In this document: positions 51,361-61,957 of the stretch, in pieces
Layout: the number at the start of each line of letters is the position of its first letter
Position numbering within the stretch: the first letter of the stretch is position 1
Assembly (NCBI GenBank): GCA_963840945.1
Contig: CAWJAU010000007.1
Location: 21,648 to 85,647 of the forward strand
DNA: 64,000 nucleotides
Direction: 5' to 3'
From: an uncultured beta proteobacterium
GTDB taxonomy: Bacteria > Pseudomonadota > Gammaproteobacteria > Burkholderiales > Casimicrobiaceae
Made by a program: the position numbers and the translations under genes
The notes under the pieces: generated by a model
Database searches by the model: none
The model's input: only the letters and a program-made list of their open reading frames with translations
What the model was told of the DNA's origin: nothing

Positions 51361-52206
51361 CTACGCCTCGACGGTCTTGCGCACACCTTGTGCGCGACGG
51401 CGTGGCGCGCTTCCGAGATGCTCCCGATACAGGTCTTTGAAGCCTCCGTAGCAGGGACACGAAGTTGCTTCTAGTCCGACCCGATCCAGGACCGTCAGCT
51501 CGCCGTGTCGGTGTCGGATCAAGCACTTCGCCTGAAGGCGACCCGAGGCTTCGGTCACGCCTGCACGCCTGACGCCCAGCATGTAGGCGAGGAATTGGTG
51601 GGTCAGTCGGAAAGTGTTGCTATGGGCTCGATCCTGGGTCATCAAGAGCCAGCGCGCCATGCGCGCATCGAGTTGGTGAAACCTGTTGCAAGCGGCGGAT
51701 TGGGCGAGCTGTGCGGTCAGTACGTAAAGATATCGGTTGAGCGTGTGCCTGAACGGCAAGCTGTTCTTGGCGAGGCGAACGAACCGCGCAGCGCTCATTC
51801 GCAACGCCCGGCCGCTGCCCTGGACCAGACCGGTCAGCGGAGACGCCTTTACGTCAAGCAGCAAGGTTATGCCGAACATTCCTTCGTCGCCGACCATTCC
51901 CACTTCGAGGCTCTCGCTCATCCCCTCAGGCGTGATGAGCGAAATATAGCAATCGACGGGAAAGTAGACGTGGCGAATGTGCTCCCCTGGCTTGGACACC
52001 CATTCGCCCACTGCCAGCTCAACAGGTTCACACGCGCGAACCGCGTCTTCGCGGTCGTTCGCCGGCAACAACCGGATAAGGGCGTTGGCCGGTAAGTCTC
52101 GCTCACCGAGCTTCGACACTGGATCACCTTGCAGGACGTTGGAAAATTCCAACAGTCGGCACAAGGTGCAAACCCGATGACGAGTGGGGGAACCGAGCTT
52201 CCCCAC
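51361..52206 (-). CDS. Crp/Fnr family transcriptional regulator
   Basis: cNMP-binding-like barrel ('GEHIRHVYFPVDCYISL..MVGDEGMFG') and a C-terminal HTH ('THQFLAYMLGVRRAGVTEASGRLQ'). The start is uncertain, and an in-frame GTG near 52119 would give about 252 aa. Confidence 0.8.
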   Translation of the reverse strand: MGKLGSPTRHRVCTLCRLLEFSNVLQGDPVSKLGERDLPANALIRLLPANDREDAVRACEPVELAVGEWVSKPGEHIRHVYFPVDCYISLITPEGMSESLEVGMVGDEGMFGITLLLDVKASPLTGLVQGSGRALRMSAARFVRLAKNSLPFRHTLNRYLYVLTAQLAQSAACNRFHQLDARMARWLLMTQDRAHSNTFRLTHQFLAYMLGVRRAGVTEASGRLQAKCLIRHRHGELTVLDRVGLEATSCPCYGGFKDLYREHLGSAPRRRAQGVRKTVEA

Positions 52207-52329
52207 TATACGCGCATTGCTCCTGATAGCTCTTTTTGTACGCTATCGTACATTTGCTGCACGGCGCCAAAGCTACAATTTGCGCTTCACCCCGCTCGGG
52301 TCCTGCATCGCCAAGTATCGTTGTGGCCG

Positions 52330-53244
52330 ATGACCATCGATCTCGAAGCACGAATTGCAGCGCTGCCATGCTGGCGCGGCAAGGTGAGGCTCGAGCCGCT
52401 GCACGGAGGGCTCTCGAACACGGCGTTCGTCGTCGAGGACGGGAGCGGGCGCTATGTGGCGCGTTGCGGCGGCGATATTCCGGCGCATCACGTCTGCCGC
52501 GATCGGGAGCGGGCAGCCAGTGTCGCCGCGCATGCGGCGGGCCTGTCGCCCGAGTTGGTCTATGCGGAGCCGGGCGTCATGGTCATCCGGCATATCGACG
52601 GCAGGACCTTGGCGGAAGCCGACCTGCGGACGAACATCGAGCGCATCGTCGGGATCCTTGCGACGTGTCACCGCGAGCTCCCGCGCCATTTTACAGGTCC
52701 GGCGAACACGTTCTGGGTCTTTCACGTCATCCGCGACTACGCGCGGACGCTGGACACCGCCGGAGGCGACAACGATCCCGAGCTGGCGCGTTACCTGGTG
52801 CTCCTCGACACGCTCGAGGCCTTGCAGGCGCCGCTGCCCATCGTTTTCGGCCACCACGACCTCCTCGCCGGCAACTTCCTTGACGACGGCAAGCGGCTCT
52901 GGCTGATCGACTGGGAGTACGGTGGCTTCGGCACCGCGATGTTCGATCTCGCGAACCTCGCGGCAAATGGCAACTTCTCGCCCATCGATGACGGCCGTTT
53001 ACTCGAAACCTATTTCCGGCAATCCGTGCGCGATGAGATCCAGCGCTCGTTCGACTCAATGAAGGTGGCAAGCGCGTTGCGCGAGGCGGCGTGGGCGATG
53101 GTTTCCGCGATTCACCTGGCCGTGCCCGGCGTGGACTATCGGGCGCACGCCACGGACTACCTCGCTCGCACCGAGGCCGCACTGGCGCAGTTTGTCGAAA
53201 GGCACGGCAGCTTGGCCGCCGCCGCACGGCCGCGAGGCGGGTAG
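52330..53244 (+). CDS. Choline/ethanolamine-kinase-like phosphotransferase (APH fold)
   Basis: '[12 protein letters not shown]', the Brenner-type motif '[12 protein letters not shown]', and '[10 protein letters not shown]'. Confidence 0.8.
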   Translation: MTIDLEARIAALPCWRGKVRLEPLHGGLSNTAFVVEDGSGRYVARCGGDIPAHHVCRDRERAASVAAHAAGLSPELVYAEPGVMVIRHIDGRTLAEADLRTNIERIVGILATCHRELPRHFTGPANTFWVFHVIRDYARTLDTAGGDNDPELARYLVLLDTLEALQAPLPIVFGHHDLLAGNFLDDGKRLWLIDWEYGGFGTAMFDLANLAANGNFSPIDDGRLLETYFRQSVRDEIQRSFDSMKVASALREAAWAMVSAIHLAVPGVDYRAHATDYLARTEAALAQFVERHGSLAAAARPRGG

Positions 53245-53390
53245 GGGGAGGGAACGTCAGTCCCATCATCCTACGTGGAGTCACCGGAAAATGGACCGTT
53301 CGCCGGCCGCGAGGTTGCATATCCCCGTCACCGTCACCGAAAACTTACTACAATCCGGTTTTGGCCGTGCTTCCGACTTGGAGGATCGCT

Positions 53391-53894
53391 ATGGCAAGCT
53401 TGAACGTCAACGGCGAAGTGCGAAGCTTCGATGTCGAACCGGACACACCACTGCTGTGGGTGCTGCGCGAGCAGCTCGGGCTGACCGGAACCAAGTACGG
53501 CTGCGGCGTTGCGCAATGCGGCGCTTGCACGGTCCACATCGATGGCGTGCCGACGCGCACTTGCGTGCGCCCGGCCTCGACCGTCAAGGTCACCGAGAAG
53601 ATCGTCACCATCGAGGGCCTGTCCCCGGGCGGCTCGCACCCGGTGCAAAAGGCGTGGGTCGCGCTCGACGTGCCGCAATGCGGCTTCTGTCAGAGCGGCA
53701 TGATCATGGCGGCCGCGGCCTTGCTGAAAACCAAGCCCAATCCCACCGACGCCGATATCGACGAGGCAATCACCAACATCTGTCGTTGCGGTACCTACAA
53801 CCGAGTACGCGCGGCCATCAAGGCCGCGGCAAAGGGGGGAGAAACGAAGAGCGCCGGTCTGTCCATTCAGCATAGCGATGGGAGCACGACATGA
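53391..53894 (+). CDS. (2Fe-2S)-binding small subunit, second copy
   Basis: '[16 protein letters not shown]', '[21 protein letters not shown]'. It is a paralog of 11770..12249. Confidence 0.92.
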   Translation: MASLNVNGEVRSFDVEPDTPLLWVLREQLGLTGTKYGCGVAQCGACTVHIDGVPTRTCVRPASTVKVTEKIVTIEGLSPGGSHPVQKAWVALDVPQCGFCQSGMIMAAAALLKTKPNPTDADIDEAITNICRCGTYNRVRAAIKAAAKGGETKSAGLSIQHSDGSTT

Positions 53895-56083
53895 CGACCA
53901 ACCTCTCTCGGCGCCGGTTTCTCGGGACGTCGGCCGCAGCCGCCGGCACGCTGGTGGTTGGATTCCACATACCGTTTACCGGCGAGGCTTTGGCGCAAAG
54001 CACGTCGACTGCGGCGCCCGGCGCCGCAACGCCCGAGATCAACGCCTGGGTTGTCGTGAAACCCGACGACACCGTCGTGATTCGCATCGCGCGCTCCGAG
54101 ATGGGTCAGGGATCGTTAACCGGCCTTGCCCAACTCGTCGCCGAGGAACTGGACTGCAACTGGTCCAAGGTGACGACCGAGTACCCGACGCCCGGTGAGA
54201 ATCTTGCGCGCAATCGCGTCTGGGGCAATTTCTCGACCGGCGGCAGCCGCGGCATACGCGATTCGCAAGAATACGTGCGCAAGGGTGGCGCGACCGCTCG
54301 AATGATGCTGGTGCAGGCGGCCGCGGACTCGTGGAAGGTCCCCGTTGCCGAATGTGTTGCCGCCGACAGCGTGATCACGCATACGCCTTCCGGGCGCAGC
54401 ACGACGTACGGCAAGGTCGCTGCCGCGGCGGCGAAGGTCACGCCGCCAACCGACGTAACGCTCAAGAATCCGAAAGACTGGAAGGTCGCCGGAAAGCGGC
54501 TGGCACGGCTCGATACGGCGGGCAAGGTGACCGGCGCGCAAATCTACGGGATGGATTTGAAGCTGCCCGGAATGCTCAATGCCGCAATCAAGGACTGCCC
54601 GGTCTTCGGCGGCAAGGTCAAGAGCGTGGATACCGCGGCGGTGCTGAAACGTCCGGGGGTCAAGAAGGTGGTACGCGTCGGCGACTCCGCGGTCGCGGTG
54701 GTGGCCGATACCTGGTGGCACGCGAAGAGCGCACTCGATGCACTGCCGATCGAGTGGGACCATGGCCCGAACGCGACGGCATCGAGCGCCAAATTCGCCG
54801 AAGTGATGAAGGCGGGACTCGAGGCCAAGGAAGCGGCGGTGGGCAATCAGGTCGGCGATGCACGCGCGGCCATCGCGGCCGCGGGGCGCAAGATCGAGGC
54901 GGTCTACTCCTATCCGCACCAGAACCACGCGACGATGGAGACCATGAACGCGACGGCGCGCTGGACGCCCGAGCGCTGCGAGGTCTGGACTCCGACGCAG
55001 AACGGCGAGGCCGCGCTTGCCGCGACGTCCGAGGCGGCCGAGTTGCCACTCGCGAAATGCGATGTCTACAAGTTGCACCTGGGTGGAGGGTTCGGCCGCC
55101 GCGGCGCCGTCCACGACTGGGTGCGCCAAGCGGTTGCGATCGCCAAGGATATGCCTGGCACACCGATCAAGCTCATCTGGTCGCGCGAGGAAGACATGCT
55201 GCATGGCTGCTACCACCCGGTCACGCAGTGCAAGTTGACAGCCGGTCTGGATGCCCAAGGCAACGTGACCGCGCTGCACATGCGGATTTCGGGCCAGTCG
55301 ATCAGTGCCGGGGTCTTTCCGGCGAACATCAAGGACGGCAAGGATCCGGTTGTGTTCCAGGGCCTCAACCCGCCGGGACCTGAAGCCTCGATCGGCTACA
55401 CGTTTCCGGCGTTGCTGATCGATCATGCGATGCGCAATCCGTCCGTTCCGCCCGGATTCTGGCGCGGCGTGAATCTGAACCAGAACACGATCTATCTCGA
55501 GTGCTTCATCGATGAACTGGCGCACGCGACCGGGCAGGATCCCCTCGCGTTCCGGCGCAAGCTGATGGCCAACCATCCGAAGCACCTTGCCGTGCTCAAT
55601 GCCGCGGCCGAGCGCGGCGGCTGGGGCACGCCTGCGCCGAAGGGCATTTATCGCGGTCTCGCCCAGACGATGGGATTCGGCAGCTATGTCGCCGCGTGCG
55701 CCGAGGTTTCGGTGAGCGACAACGGCGTTCTCAAGATCCACCGCATCGTTGCGGCGACGGATCCGGGTCACGCGGTCAACCCGCAGCAGATCGAGGCGCA
55801 GGTCGAGGGCTCGTTCGCATACGGACTGTCGGCGGCGCTCTACGGGGAATGCACGGTCAAAGACGGGCGCATCGAGCAGGAAAACTTTCACACCTATCGC
55901 GTCCTGCGGATGGACGAGATGCCGCCGGTCGAAACGATTGTCATGCCATCGGGCGGCTTCTGGGGCGGCGTCGGCGAGCCGACGATCGCTGTCGCGGCGC
56001 CTGCGGTGCTGAACGCAATCTTCGCCGCCACCGGCAAACGCATTCGCGATCTGCCGCTCAAGAATCACAGCCTCAAGGCGTAG
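53891..56083 (+). CDS. Molybdopterin-binding large subunit, second copy
   Basis: ATGA overlap. Tat signal '[19 protein letters not shown]'. It is 730 aa and collinear with 12246..14426. No cytochrome gene follows. Confidence 0.92.
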   Translation: MTTNLSRRRFLGTSAAAAGTLVVGFHIPFTGEALAQSTSTAAPGAATPEINAWVVVKPDDTVVIRIARSEMGQGSLTGLAQLVAEELDCNWSKVTTEYPTPGENLARNRVWGNFSTGGSRGIRDSQEYVRKGGATARMMLVQAAADSWKVPVAECVAADSVITHTPSGRSTTYGKVAAAAAKVTPPTDVTLKNPKDWKVAGKRLARLDTAGKVTGAQIYGMDLKLPGMLNAAIKDCPVFGGKVKSVDTAAVLKRPGVKKVVRVGDSAVAVVADTWWHAKSALDALPIEWDHGPNATASSAKFAEVMKAGLEAKEAAVGNQVGDARAAIAAAGRKIEAVYSYPHQNHATMETMNATARWTPERCEVWTPTQNGEAALAATSEAAELPLAKCDVYKLHLGGGFGRRGAVHDWVRQAVAIAKDMPGTPIKLIWSREEDMLHGCYHPVTQCKLTAGLDAQGNVTALHMRISGQSISAGVFPANIKDGKDPVVFQGLNPPGPEASIGYTFPALLIDHAMRNPSVPPGFWRGVNLNQNTIYLECFIDELAHATGQDPLAFRRKLMANHPKHLAVLNAAAERGGWGTPAPKGIYRGLAQTMGFGSYVAACAEVSVSDNGVLKIHRIVAATDPGHAVNPQQIEAQVEGSFAYGLSAALYGECTVKDGRIEQENFHTYRVLRMDEMPPVETIVMPSGGFWGGVGEPTIAVAAPAVLNAIFAATGKRIRDLPLKNHSLKA

Positions 56084-56092
56084 ACGCAGCGA

Positions 56093-56131
56093 GGCGGGAG
56101 CCGCGACTAAGGTTCAGCCGCGAGCTCCCGC
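56093..56131. terminator. GC-rich hairpin between convergent genes (possible bidirectional terminator)
   Basis: GGCGGGAGC (56093-56101) pairs with GCTCCCGCC (56123-56131), and the stem can be extended by CGCG/CGCG with one bulge. There is no U-tract. Confidence 0.35.
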
Positions 56132-56146
56132 CTGCCATTGAACTAC

Positions 56147-56971
56147 CTACCAGCGGCGATAGACGTCCGCCGATCCGTACTGCGGAGACCACACTTGCCG
56201 GGCGGAAGCGATCCCCGCCGTCAGCGGGCCGCCGAGTTGCGGATACTCACCCGGTCCAAGAACGCGGCAGTCACCACGGAACGCCATGTCCGTGCAGAAC
56301 AACCAGTTGCCCGATTCGACGCGAACGGACGTCGCGCGGTGCGTCGGATTGGTAAAATTCGCCCAATCGAGGTCGTTGGCCAGGCCGCGATCCACGGCGA
56401 CCCACGCGCCGCCGAAGTTCGGATCTTCGTACAGATAGGCGCGGCCTGTAGGCGGAACCGTCGTAACCACCGACGACGTCACCACGGGAGTCTCCACGCG
56501 CGGGTTCACGACGATCGGCGGCGGATTGACCACCACGGGCTGCGTCGACCCCACGCTGGGCGGATTGACCACGATCTGTGGCAGATTGACGACGACCGGC
56601 GGTTGCGGGCTCATGGTCACCGGCAGCGGGTCTGCGTATCCGATCTGACGCGCCGAAGCCACACGTCCATTCAAGCTGACGCTCATGCTCGGGTAGCTAC
56701 CGGGCAACAACTCCGTGCAACGTCCGCGGAAGTAGGCTTGCGTGCAAACTTCCCACTTGCCATCCGTGACAACGAGCGAGGATGCCGTATCTTCCAGTCC
56801 TTGCCTTGCAACGGTGTCGATGCGTTCATTCGCTACGACGGAGGGGCCGCGGAAATCCGGCCGTTCGTACAGCGTGATCTGTCCGCCCCACGCGCTCGTC
56901 ACCGCGAGCGCGAGGGCAGTGGGTACAATCCATTTCGAATGTCTGACCGAATGTCTGACGCTCATCCTCAA
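56147..56971 (-). CDS. Secreted beta/gamma-crystallin-domain protein with Pro/Val-rich linker
   Basis: It has a signal peptide and two crystallin-type domains ('ITLYERPDFRGPS..', 'AYLYEDPNFGGAWV..'). They are joined by 'PPVVVNLPQIVVNPPSVGSTQPVVVNPPPIVVNP'. Confidence 0.8.
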   Translation of the reverse strand: MRMSVRHSVRHSKWIVPTALALAVTSAWGGQITLYERPDFRGPSVVANERIDTVARQGLEDTASSLVVTDGKWEVCTQAYFRGRCTELLPGSYPSMSVSLNGRVASARQIGYADPLPVTMSPQPPVVVNLPQIVVNPPSVGSTQPVVVNPPPIVVNPRVETPVVTSSVVTTVPPTGRAYLYEDPNFGGAWVAVDRGLANDLDWANFTNPTHRATSVRVESGNWLFCTDMAFRGDCRVLGPGEYPQLGGPLTAGIASARQVWSPQYGSADVYRRW

Positions 56972-57011
56972 CCTCCTATCGAAAACACGACTCGCTCAAC
57001 CGGTTTGACAG

Positions 57012-57509
57012 CTACGTCTTGCCGGTATAGATGGCCCATGCCAGCGCAAATTCGTCAGGGTTGAGCTTCTCGTCCTTGTCCCTGTCCGCTTCCGAGAACG
57101 CGCGGTCGAATCCATCGAGCTTCGACGCTTCCTCCTTGGTGACGTGTCCAAGGCGGGAAGCCCCCAGCTTCTCGAAGGCCGAAGGCGCCGTTTCGGACTT
57201 GCTCGGAATCGCCGCCGGCATTTGAATCGGAGAGCTCGAAGAACCGGAGTTTGCCAGCGGTGCGGGTGTGGCGGACTGCGGCGCGGGTGTGGCGGACTGC
57301 GGTGCGGGTGTGGCGGACTGCGGTGCGGGTGTGGCGGACTGCGGTGCGGGTACCGACCGCGGTGCGGGTGGAGCGGCCTGCGGTGCGGGTGGAGCGGCCT
57401 GCGCCGCCGGTGTGGCGGACTGCGTTTGTGCAAAGACCGACCCGGCCACCGTCAAGCAACCTGCGACCGTAGCGACGAGCATCCTGCGCTTTTGATCTGA
57501 ACCAAGCAT
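57012..57509 (-). CDS. Secreted EF-hand protein with QSATPAP heptad repeats
   Basis: The start is placed at 'MLGSDQKRRMLVATVAGCLTVAGSVFAQ'. The repeats read 'PQSATPAPQSATPAPQSATPAPQSATPAP'. The canonical EF loop is 'DRDKDEKLNPDEF'. Confidence 0.75.
   Translation of the reverse strand: MLGSDQKRRMLVATVAGCLTVAGSVFAQTQSATPAAQAAPPAPQAAPPAPRSVPAPQSATPAPQSATPAPQSATPAPQSATPAPLANSGSSSSPIQMPAAIPSKSETAPSAFEKLGASRLGHVTKEEASKLDGFDRAFSEADRDKDEKLNPDEFALAWAIYTGKT
57259..57423. repeat. 21-bp tandem repeat, about 8 copies (GGTGCGGGTGTGGCGGACTGC)
   Basis: Three identical copies (57259, 57301, 57322) and a fourth (57280) differing at one position (GGC for GGT). Then come one 18-nt variant, two GGTGCGGGTGGAGCGGCCTGC copies and one further variant. 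The repeats are in frame within the EF-hand gene. Confidence 0.85.
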
Positions 57510-57751
57510 TTGTACCTCCATTACGTTTTTTGCCAGAAACGAAACCGGCATGCAACGTTTCCGCGCAAGACGTTAACGCCTTCGGCGCGAGCCAGTAACA
57601 ATTCGACCGCAGGCGTGGGTCCTCGTTGCAGGCGCAGCGGTAGGACTGGCGCGGTTGTTCCTGTCTGTTCTGTCCTACACACAAGGCCCCTATGAGTGGC
57701 GTATGCTCGCGCGTATCTCGTGATCGTGCGGACCTCCCTTTCTGAGCGCGT

Positions 57752-58990
57752 GTGACCCGTCCCTCGTCATCGATCGACGAATCCGTTTTCGCCCACCGAT
57801 CGTTTGCCTGCCTGTGGTTCGCGCGGGTGGCGACGATCATGGCGTACCAGATGCTGACGGTTGCGGTCGGGTGGCAAGTCTATGCGTTGACCGGCAGCGC
57901 TCTCGACCTCGGTCTGGTCGGGCTGGTGCAGTTCTTGCCGGCGTTCGCGCTGGTGCTGGTGGTCGGGCACATCGCCGATCGTTTCGATCGCCGCCACGTC
58001 CTGCGGGTGTGCCAGCTCGTCGCGATCGTGGCCGTGGCGACACTCGCCACAGGAAGTGTGATGGGCTGGATCACGGAGCATCTCATCTTCGCCTTGGTAT
58101 TCGTCGTCGGCTGCGCCCGCGCGTTCGAGATGCCGACGATGCAGGCGCTGTTGCCAGCGCTGGTGCCGCTGCAATTGCTGCCGCGCGCGGTTGCTTCCAG
58201 CGCATCGGCGTCGCAGACTGCCATCATTTTCGGTCCGGCCGTCGGCGGCCTGCTGTATGTCGCCGGGCCCGCATGGACCTACGCCGCGTGCGGCGCGGCT
58301 TACCTCGTCGCCGTGACGCTGCTTGGCATGATCCGGTACGAGCGGCCGCTGACGCCCCGCGCACCGGTGACGCTCGCCTCGGTCTTCGCGGGGCTGTCGT
58401 TCATCCGGCGCCGCCAGGCGTTGCTCGGGGCGATCACGCTCGATATGGTCGCCGTATTGCTGGGCGGGGCGACGGCGTTGCTGCCGATCTACGCGAAAGA
58501 GGTTTTCGGAACCGGCCCCTGGGGGCTTGGCCTTCTGCGCTCGGCCCCGGCGCTCGGGGCGCTGACAATGGCGGTGTACCTTGCACGCCATCCGTTGCAG
58601 CGGCATGCTGGACGCACGATGTTCATCGCAGTCGCGGTCTTCGGTGTGGCTACGGTCGCCTTCGGCCTGTCGCGCTGGTTGCCGTTGTCGTTGCTGTTCC
58701 TGGTGATACTCGGTGCCGCCGATATGATCAGCGTCGTCGTCCGCTCGTCGTTGATTCAACTCTCGACGCCCGACCACATGCGCGGTCGCGTCGGCGCCGT
58801 CAACGCGATGTTCATCGGCACGTCCAACCAGCTGGGCGAGTTCGAATCAGGCGTGACCGCCGCCTGGTTTGGCGCAGTGGCCTCAGTGGTGCTGGGCGGC
58901 ATCGGTACGCTGCTCGCCGTCGCGATTGCGGTCCGCGCGTTTCCGCAGCTGGCGAAGATCGATCGCCTGGACACGATTCGTCCGCCCTAG
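57752..58990 (+). CDS. MFS transporter (EntS/enterobactin-exporter-like)
   Basis: 412 aa with about 12 predicted TM segments. 'FACLWFARVATIMAYQMLTVAVGWQVY', 'GHIADRFDRR'. Confidence 0.88.
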   Translation: MTRPSSSIDESVFAHRSFACLWFARVATIMAYQMLTVAVGWQVYALTGSALDLGLVGLVQFLPAFALVLVVGHIADRFDRRHVLRVCQLVAIVAVATLATGSVMGWITEHLIFALVFVVGCARAFEMPTMQALLPALVPLQLLPRAVASSASASQTAIIFGPAVGGLLYVAGPAWTYAACGAAYLVAVTLLGMIRYERPLTPRAPVTLASVFAGLSFIRRRQALLGAITLDMVAVLLGGATALLPIYAKEVFGTGPWGLGLLRSAPALGALTMAVYLARHPLQRHAGRTMFIAVAVFGVATVAFGLSRWLPLSLLFLVILGAADMISVVVRSSLIQLSTPDHMRGRVGAVNAMFIGTSNQLGEFESGVTAAWFGAVASVVLGGIGTLLAVAIAVRAFPQLAKIDRLDTIRPP

Positions 58991-59042
58991 AGTGGCCGTC
59001 CTTGGTTACTGCACCCCTGATCGCCGCTGTCACGGAAGGGTA

Positions 59043-60620
59043 ATGAGCGTGAATGTCAGTCTCGTCTTGAGCCAAGCCGCCGCACGATGGCCGTGCCGCG
59101 TCGCCGTGGCCGATCTCGATGCTCCGGAGGGCCGGCGCCAATTCACGTATCGCGAGCTCGATGCCGCCGTCAAGTGCACCGCGGCGGGACTGCGCGCGCT
59201 CGGCTTGCGCGACGGCGACCGCGTTGCCATGCTCCTGTCGAACTCATGGGAATTCGTGCACGTGTTCCTGGCAGTCACTGCCGCCGGATGTGTCGCGGTC
59301 CCACTCAACACGCGAGTGTTGCCGGACGAGCATGCGCACATGGTGGCCGATTGCGGAGCTCGACTGCTCGTGGCCGACGGCGCGTTGCTCGAGCGGCGCG
59401 AAGCGGTCGCAGCACTCCCCGATCTCGGTACCGTAGTCGTGCGAGCCACGGGCCCGCTCGGGCCCGGCCTGCGCACCTTCGAGAGCCTCGCGTCCGGAAG
59501 TGCGCTGGAGCCAACCGCAAGCGCGCCCTCCGATCTCGCGTCGATCTTCTATACGAGCGGCACCACGGGAAAGCCCAAGGGCGTGATGCTGAGCCATCGG
59601 GCATGGATGTCGATATCGGACTACGCGTGCCAATACTTGAAGTATGGTGACGACGAAGTGACGGTTCATCTGGCTCCTCTTACCCACGGGTCGGGCTTCC
59701 TGCTGCTGCCCACCATGGCCACGGGAGGGACGGCGGTCCTATGCGCCAGATTCGACCCTTCGTGCGCGCTCGCCTTGTTTTCGCGGGAAGGCGTGACCAA
59801 CGGCTTTTTCGTGCCGTCGATGATCCGGATGCTCCTGGATTCGATAGGAACCGGCCGCGTGGACGCGCCGTCGCTTCGCAGCCTGTATTACGCCGGTTCG
59901 CCGATCGATCCCGACACGCTGCGCGCAGCGTTGCGCCTGTTCGGTCCGGTGCTGATCCAGTCGTTCGGGCAAGCGGAAATACCGATGTTCCTGACGGTGC
60001 TCGATCATCAGGAGCATGACCGGATCGCGAAGGGCGAAACGCCCCATCTCATCCGGTCCGCCGGGCGGCGGGTCGAGGGCGCCGAGGTCAAGATCGTGGA
60101 CGATGACGATCGTGACTTGCCGGTTGGCGAGGTGGGTGAGATCGTTGCGCGGGGACGACACATGATGAATGGCTACTGGAATCGACCCGACGCCACGGCC
60201 GACACGCTGCGCAACGGATGGGTTCATACGGGCGACGTCGGTCGCTTCGACGACGCGGGGTACCTGTACATCGTCGATCGCAAGAAGGACATGATCATCA
60301 GCGGCGGCTCGAACGTCTATGCGCGCGAAGTCGAGGAGGCGTTGCTCGCGATGGACGCCATACGGGAGGTCGCGGTCATCGGGTTGCCGCATCCGAAATG
60401 GGGCGAGATGGTGACCGCCGTGCTCGTCAGCCGCACTGGCGAGCCTGTCGATGATGCCGCTATGGAGGCATTCTGCCGGTCGTCCCTTGCCCATTACCGG
60501 CGACCCAAGCGCTTCATCTGGATCGACGAGCTACCGCGCAATCCCTACGGCAAGGTACTGAAGCGCGACTTGAGAGCACGTTTCGCCGCCGGCGCCGGAG
60601 AAGTCCAGGATATCCCCTGA
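59043..60620 (+). CDS. AMP-dependent acyl-CoA synthetase/ligase
   Basis: 'IFYTSGTTGKPKGVMLSH', 'FGQAE', 'WVHTGDVGRFDDAGYLYIVDRKKDMIISGGSNVY', 'PRNPYGKVLKRDL'. The start is at ATG 59043 within ORF 58869..60620. Confidence 0.9.
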   Translation: MSVNVSLVLSQAAARWPCRVAVADLDAPEGRRQFTYRELDAAVKCTAAGLRALGLRDGDRVAMLLSNSWEFVHVFLAVTAAGCVAVPLNTRVLPDEHAHMVADCGARLLVADGALLERREAVAALPDLGTVVVRATGPLGPGLRTFESLASGSALEPTASAPSDLASIFYTSGTTGKPKGVMLSHRAWMSISDYACQYLKYGDDEVTVHLAPLTHGSGFLLLPTMATGGTAVLCARFDPSCALALFSREGVTNGFFVPSMIRMLLDSIGTGRVDAPSLRSLYYAGSPIDPDTLRAALRLFGPVLIQSFGQAEIPMFLTVLDHQEHDRIAKGETPHLIRSAGRRVEGAEVKIVDDDDRDLPVGEVGEIVARGRHMMNGYWNRPDATADTLRNGWVHTGDVGRFDDAGYLYIVDRKKDMIISGGSNVYAREVEEALLAMDAIREVAVIGLPHPKWGEMVTAVLVSRTGEPVDDAAMEAFCRSSLAHYRRPKRFIWIDELPRNPYGKVLKRDLRARFAAGAGEVQDIP

Positions 60621-60637
60621 CTTTCGCGCCAAGGCGA

Positions 60638-61589
60638 TCAACTCTTGGGCGGCTCAACGTCACGGCATACTCCCGCCACCCCCAGCGGGCACTCGAGCGC
60701 CACCCGGTCCCACGCGGAAGTCACGGCAGCGGCCTCGTAGGTGCTCCTCAGGAAGTCAAGCAGCGCAGCATCGGGATCCCTGGCGGAGCGCACCGCCTCG
60801 TAGGGCAGCAGGAATTCTCCAATGTCAGCGTTGTAGAAGGCGGCGTCCGGGTCGTACTTTCTGCTTTGCAAACTCGGGCGACGAAGGGTAGGCGTAGGAG
60901 TAGAACGATGCGTCCACTCCGCGACCGCCGGGCCAGAATCCCGCGCTGCTCACCTCGTGGGAGTAGCTTTCCTGCATGATCTTGGCAGCAACGCCCGGCA
61001 CCTTGCCGCTGAAGATCGGCGCGCGACGCCCGGAGAATCGTGTCACCGCGAGATCGAAGCTGCCCCAGAAGAAATGCACGGGGCTGCACTTGCCCAGGAA
61101 GCCGGTCCGAAACTGCTTGAACACCCGATCCGCCTGGACCAACGCGCGCCAGAATCGATGGGCATATTCCGCGTCATAGGAGGCGTGTTCGTGGTCGGCC
61201 GTGAACCGGATGGCGCCGTCGATCTCACAGGGAAAATCGTTGATCTCGACGGAAATGCCGAGTTTGCGCAGCGCCGCCATCAGGCGGTCGTGGAAGTCGG
61301 CAACCGACTGGGGGCGCAAAGCAAGCTCTGCGCCGGTTCCGCCCGTGGTTTGAATGTTCAGCACATGTTCGACAAAATCGAACTGGATTTCGAACCCGCC
61401 GCCCTGGTAGGGAATGATGGAAGTCGTGAGACCTCGTGCGTTCACGTACAGAACGGCATGCCAGCTGTGGTTCAACCAGGGGGTGTGCGCAAGTCGCACC
61501 TTGCCAACGATCTGCGTCCACAAATGCAGCGTGGCGCAGGTGTCGCGCCACTGCGCGAGAGGCAGGGCGGGCCACGCCTCGTTCGACAT
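60638..61589 (-). pseudogene. DUF5996 family protein, one frame disruption near 60860
   Basis: 'WRDTCATLHLWTQIVGKVRLAHTPWLNHSWHAVLYVNARGLTTS'. The C-terminus continues in ORF 60638..60871 ('AAFYNADIGEFLLPYEAVRSARDPDAALLDFLRSTYEAAA'). Confidence 0.75.
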
Positions 61590-61669
61590 CTATAGACCTC
61601 GACGGGGATGATCAAGTGCAATGGTTGTGCGATAGTTTACGCTCGTGACGACTCGCAAGGAGAAGAGCG

Positions 61670-61939
61670 ATGCCAGCTGGTTGCACTCATCTCGATTCCG
61701 TAGTGACGGATCGCCCGAACACCAAGGGCTGCGAGGAATGCCTGAAGGTCGGCGACACCTGGGTGCACCTGCGCTTGTGCCGCCGATGCGGGCACGTCGG
61801 ATGCTGCGACGATTCGAAGAACAAGCACGCCACGAAGCATTTCCGCGCGACGCGGCACCCGATCATCACTTCGCTCGAGCCCGGCGAGGGCTGGAGCTGG
61901 TGCTACCTCGACGAGATCGCCATGGAGCTCGATGCTTGA
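61670..61939 (+). CDS. UBP-type zinc-finger protein
   Basis: 'CEECLKVGDTWVHLRLCRRCGHVGCCDDSKNKHATKHFRATRHP'. Confidence 0.8.
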   Translation: MPAGCTHLDSVVTDRPNTKGCEECLKVGDTWVHLRLCRRCGHVGCCDDSKNKHATKHFRATRHPIITSLEPGEGWSWCYLDEIAMELDA

Positions 61940-61957
61940 AGGGGAGGTACGCCGCCG

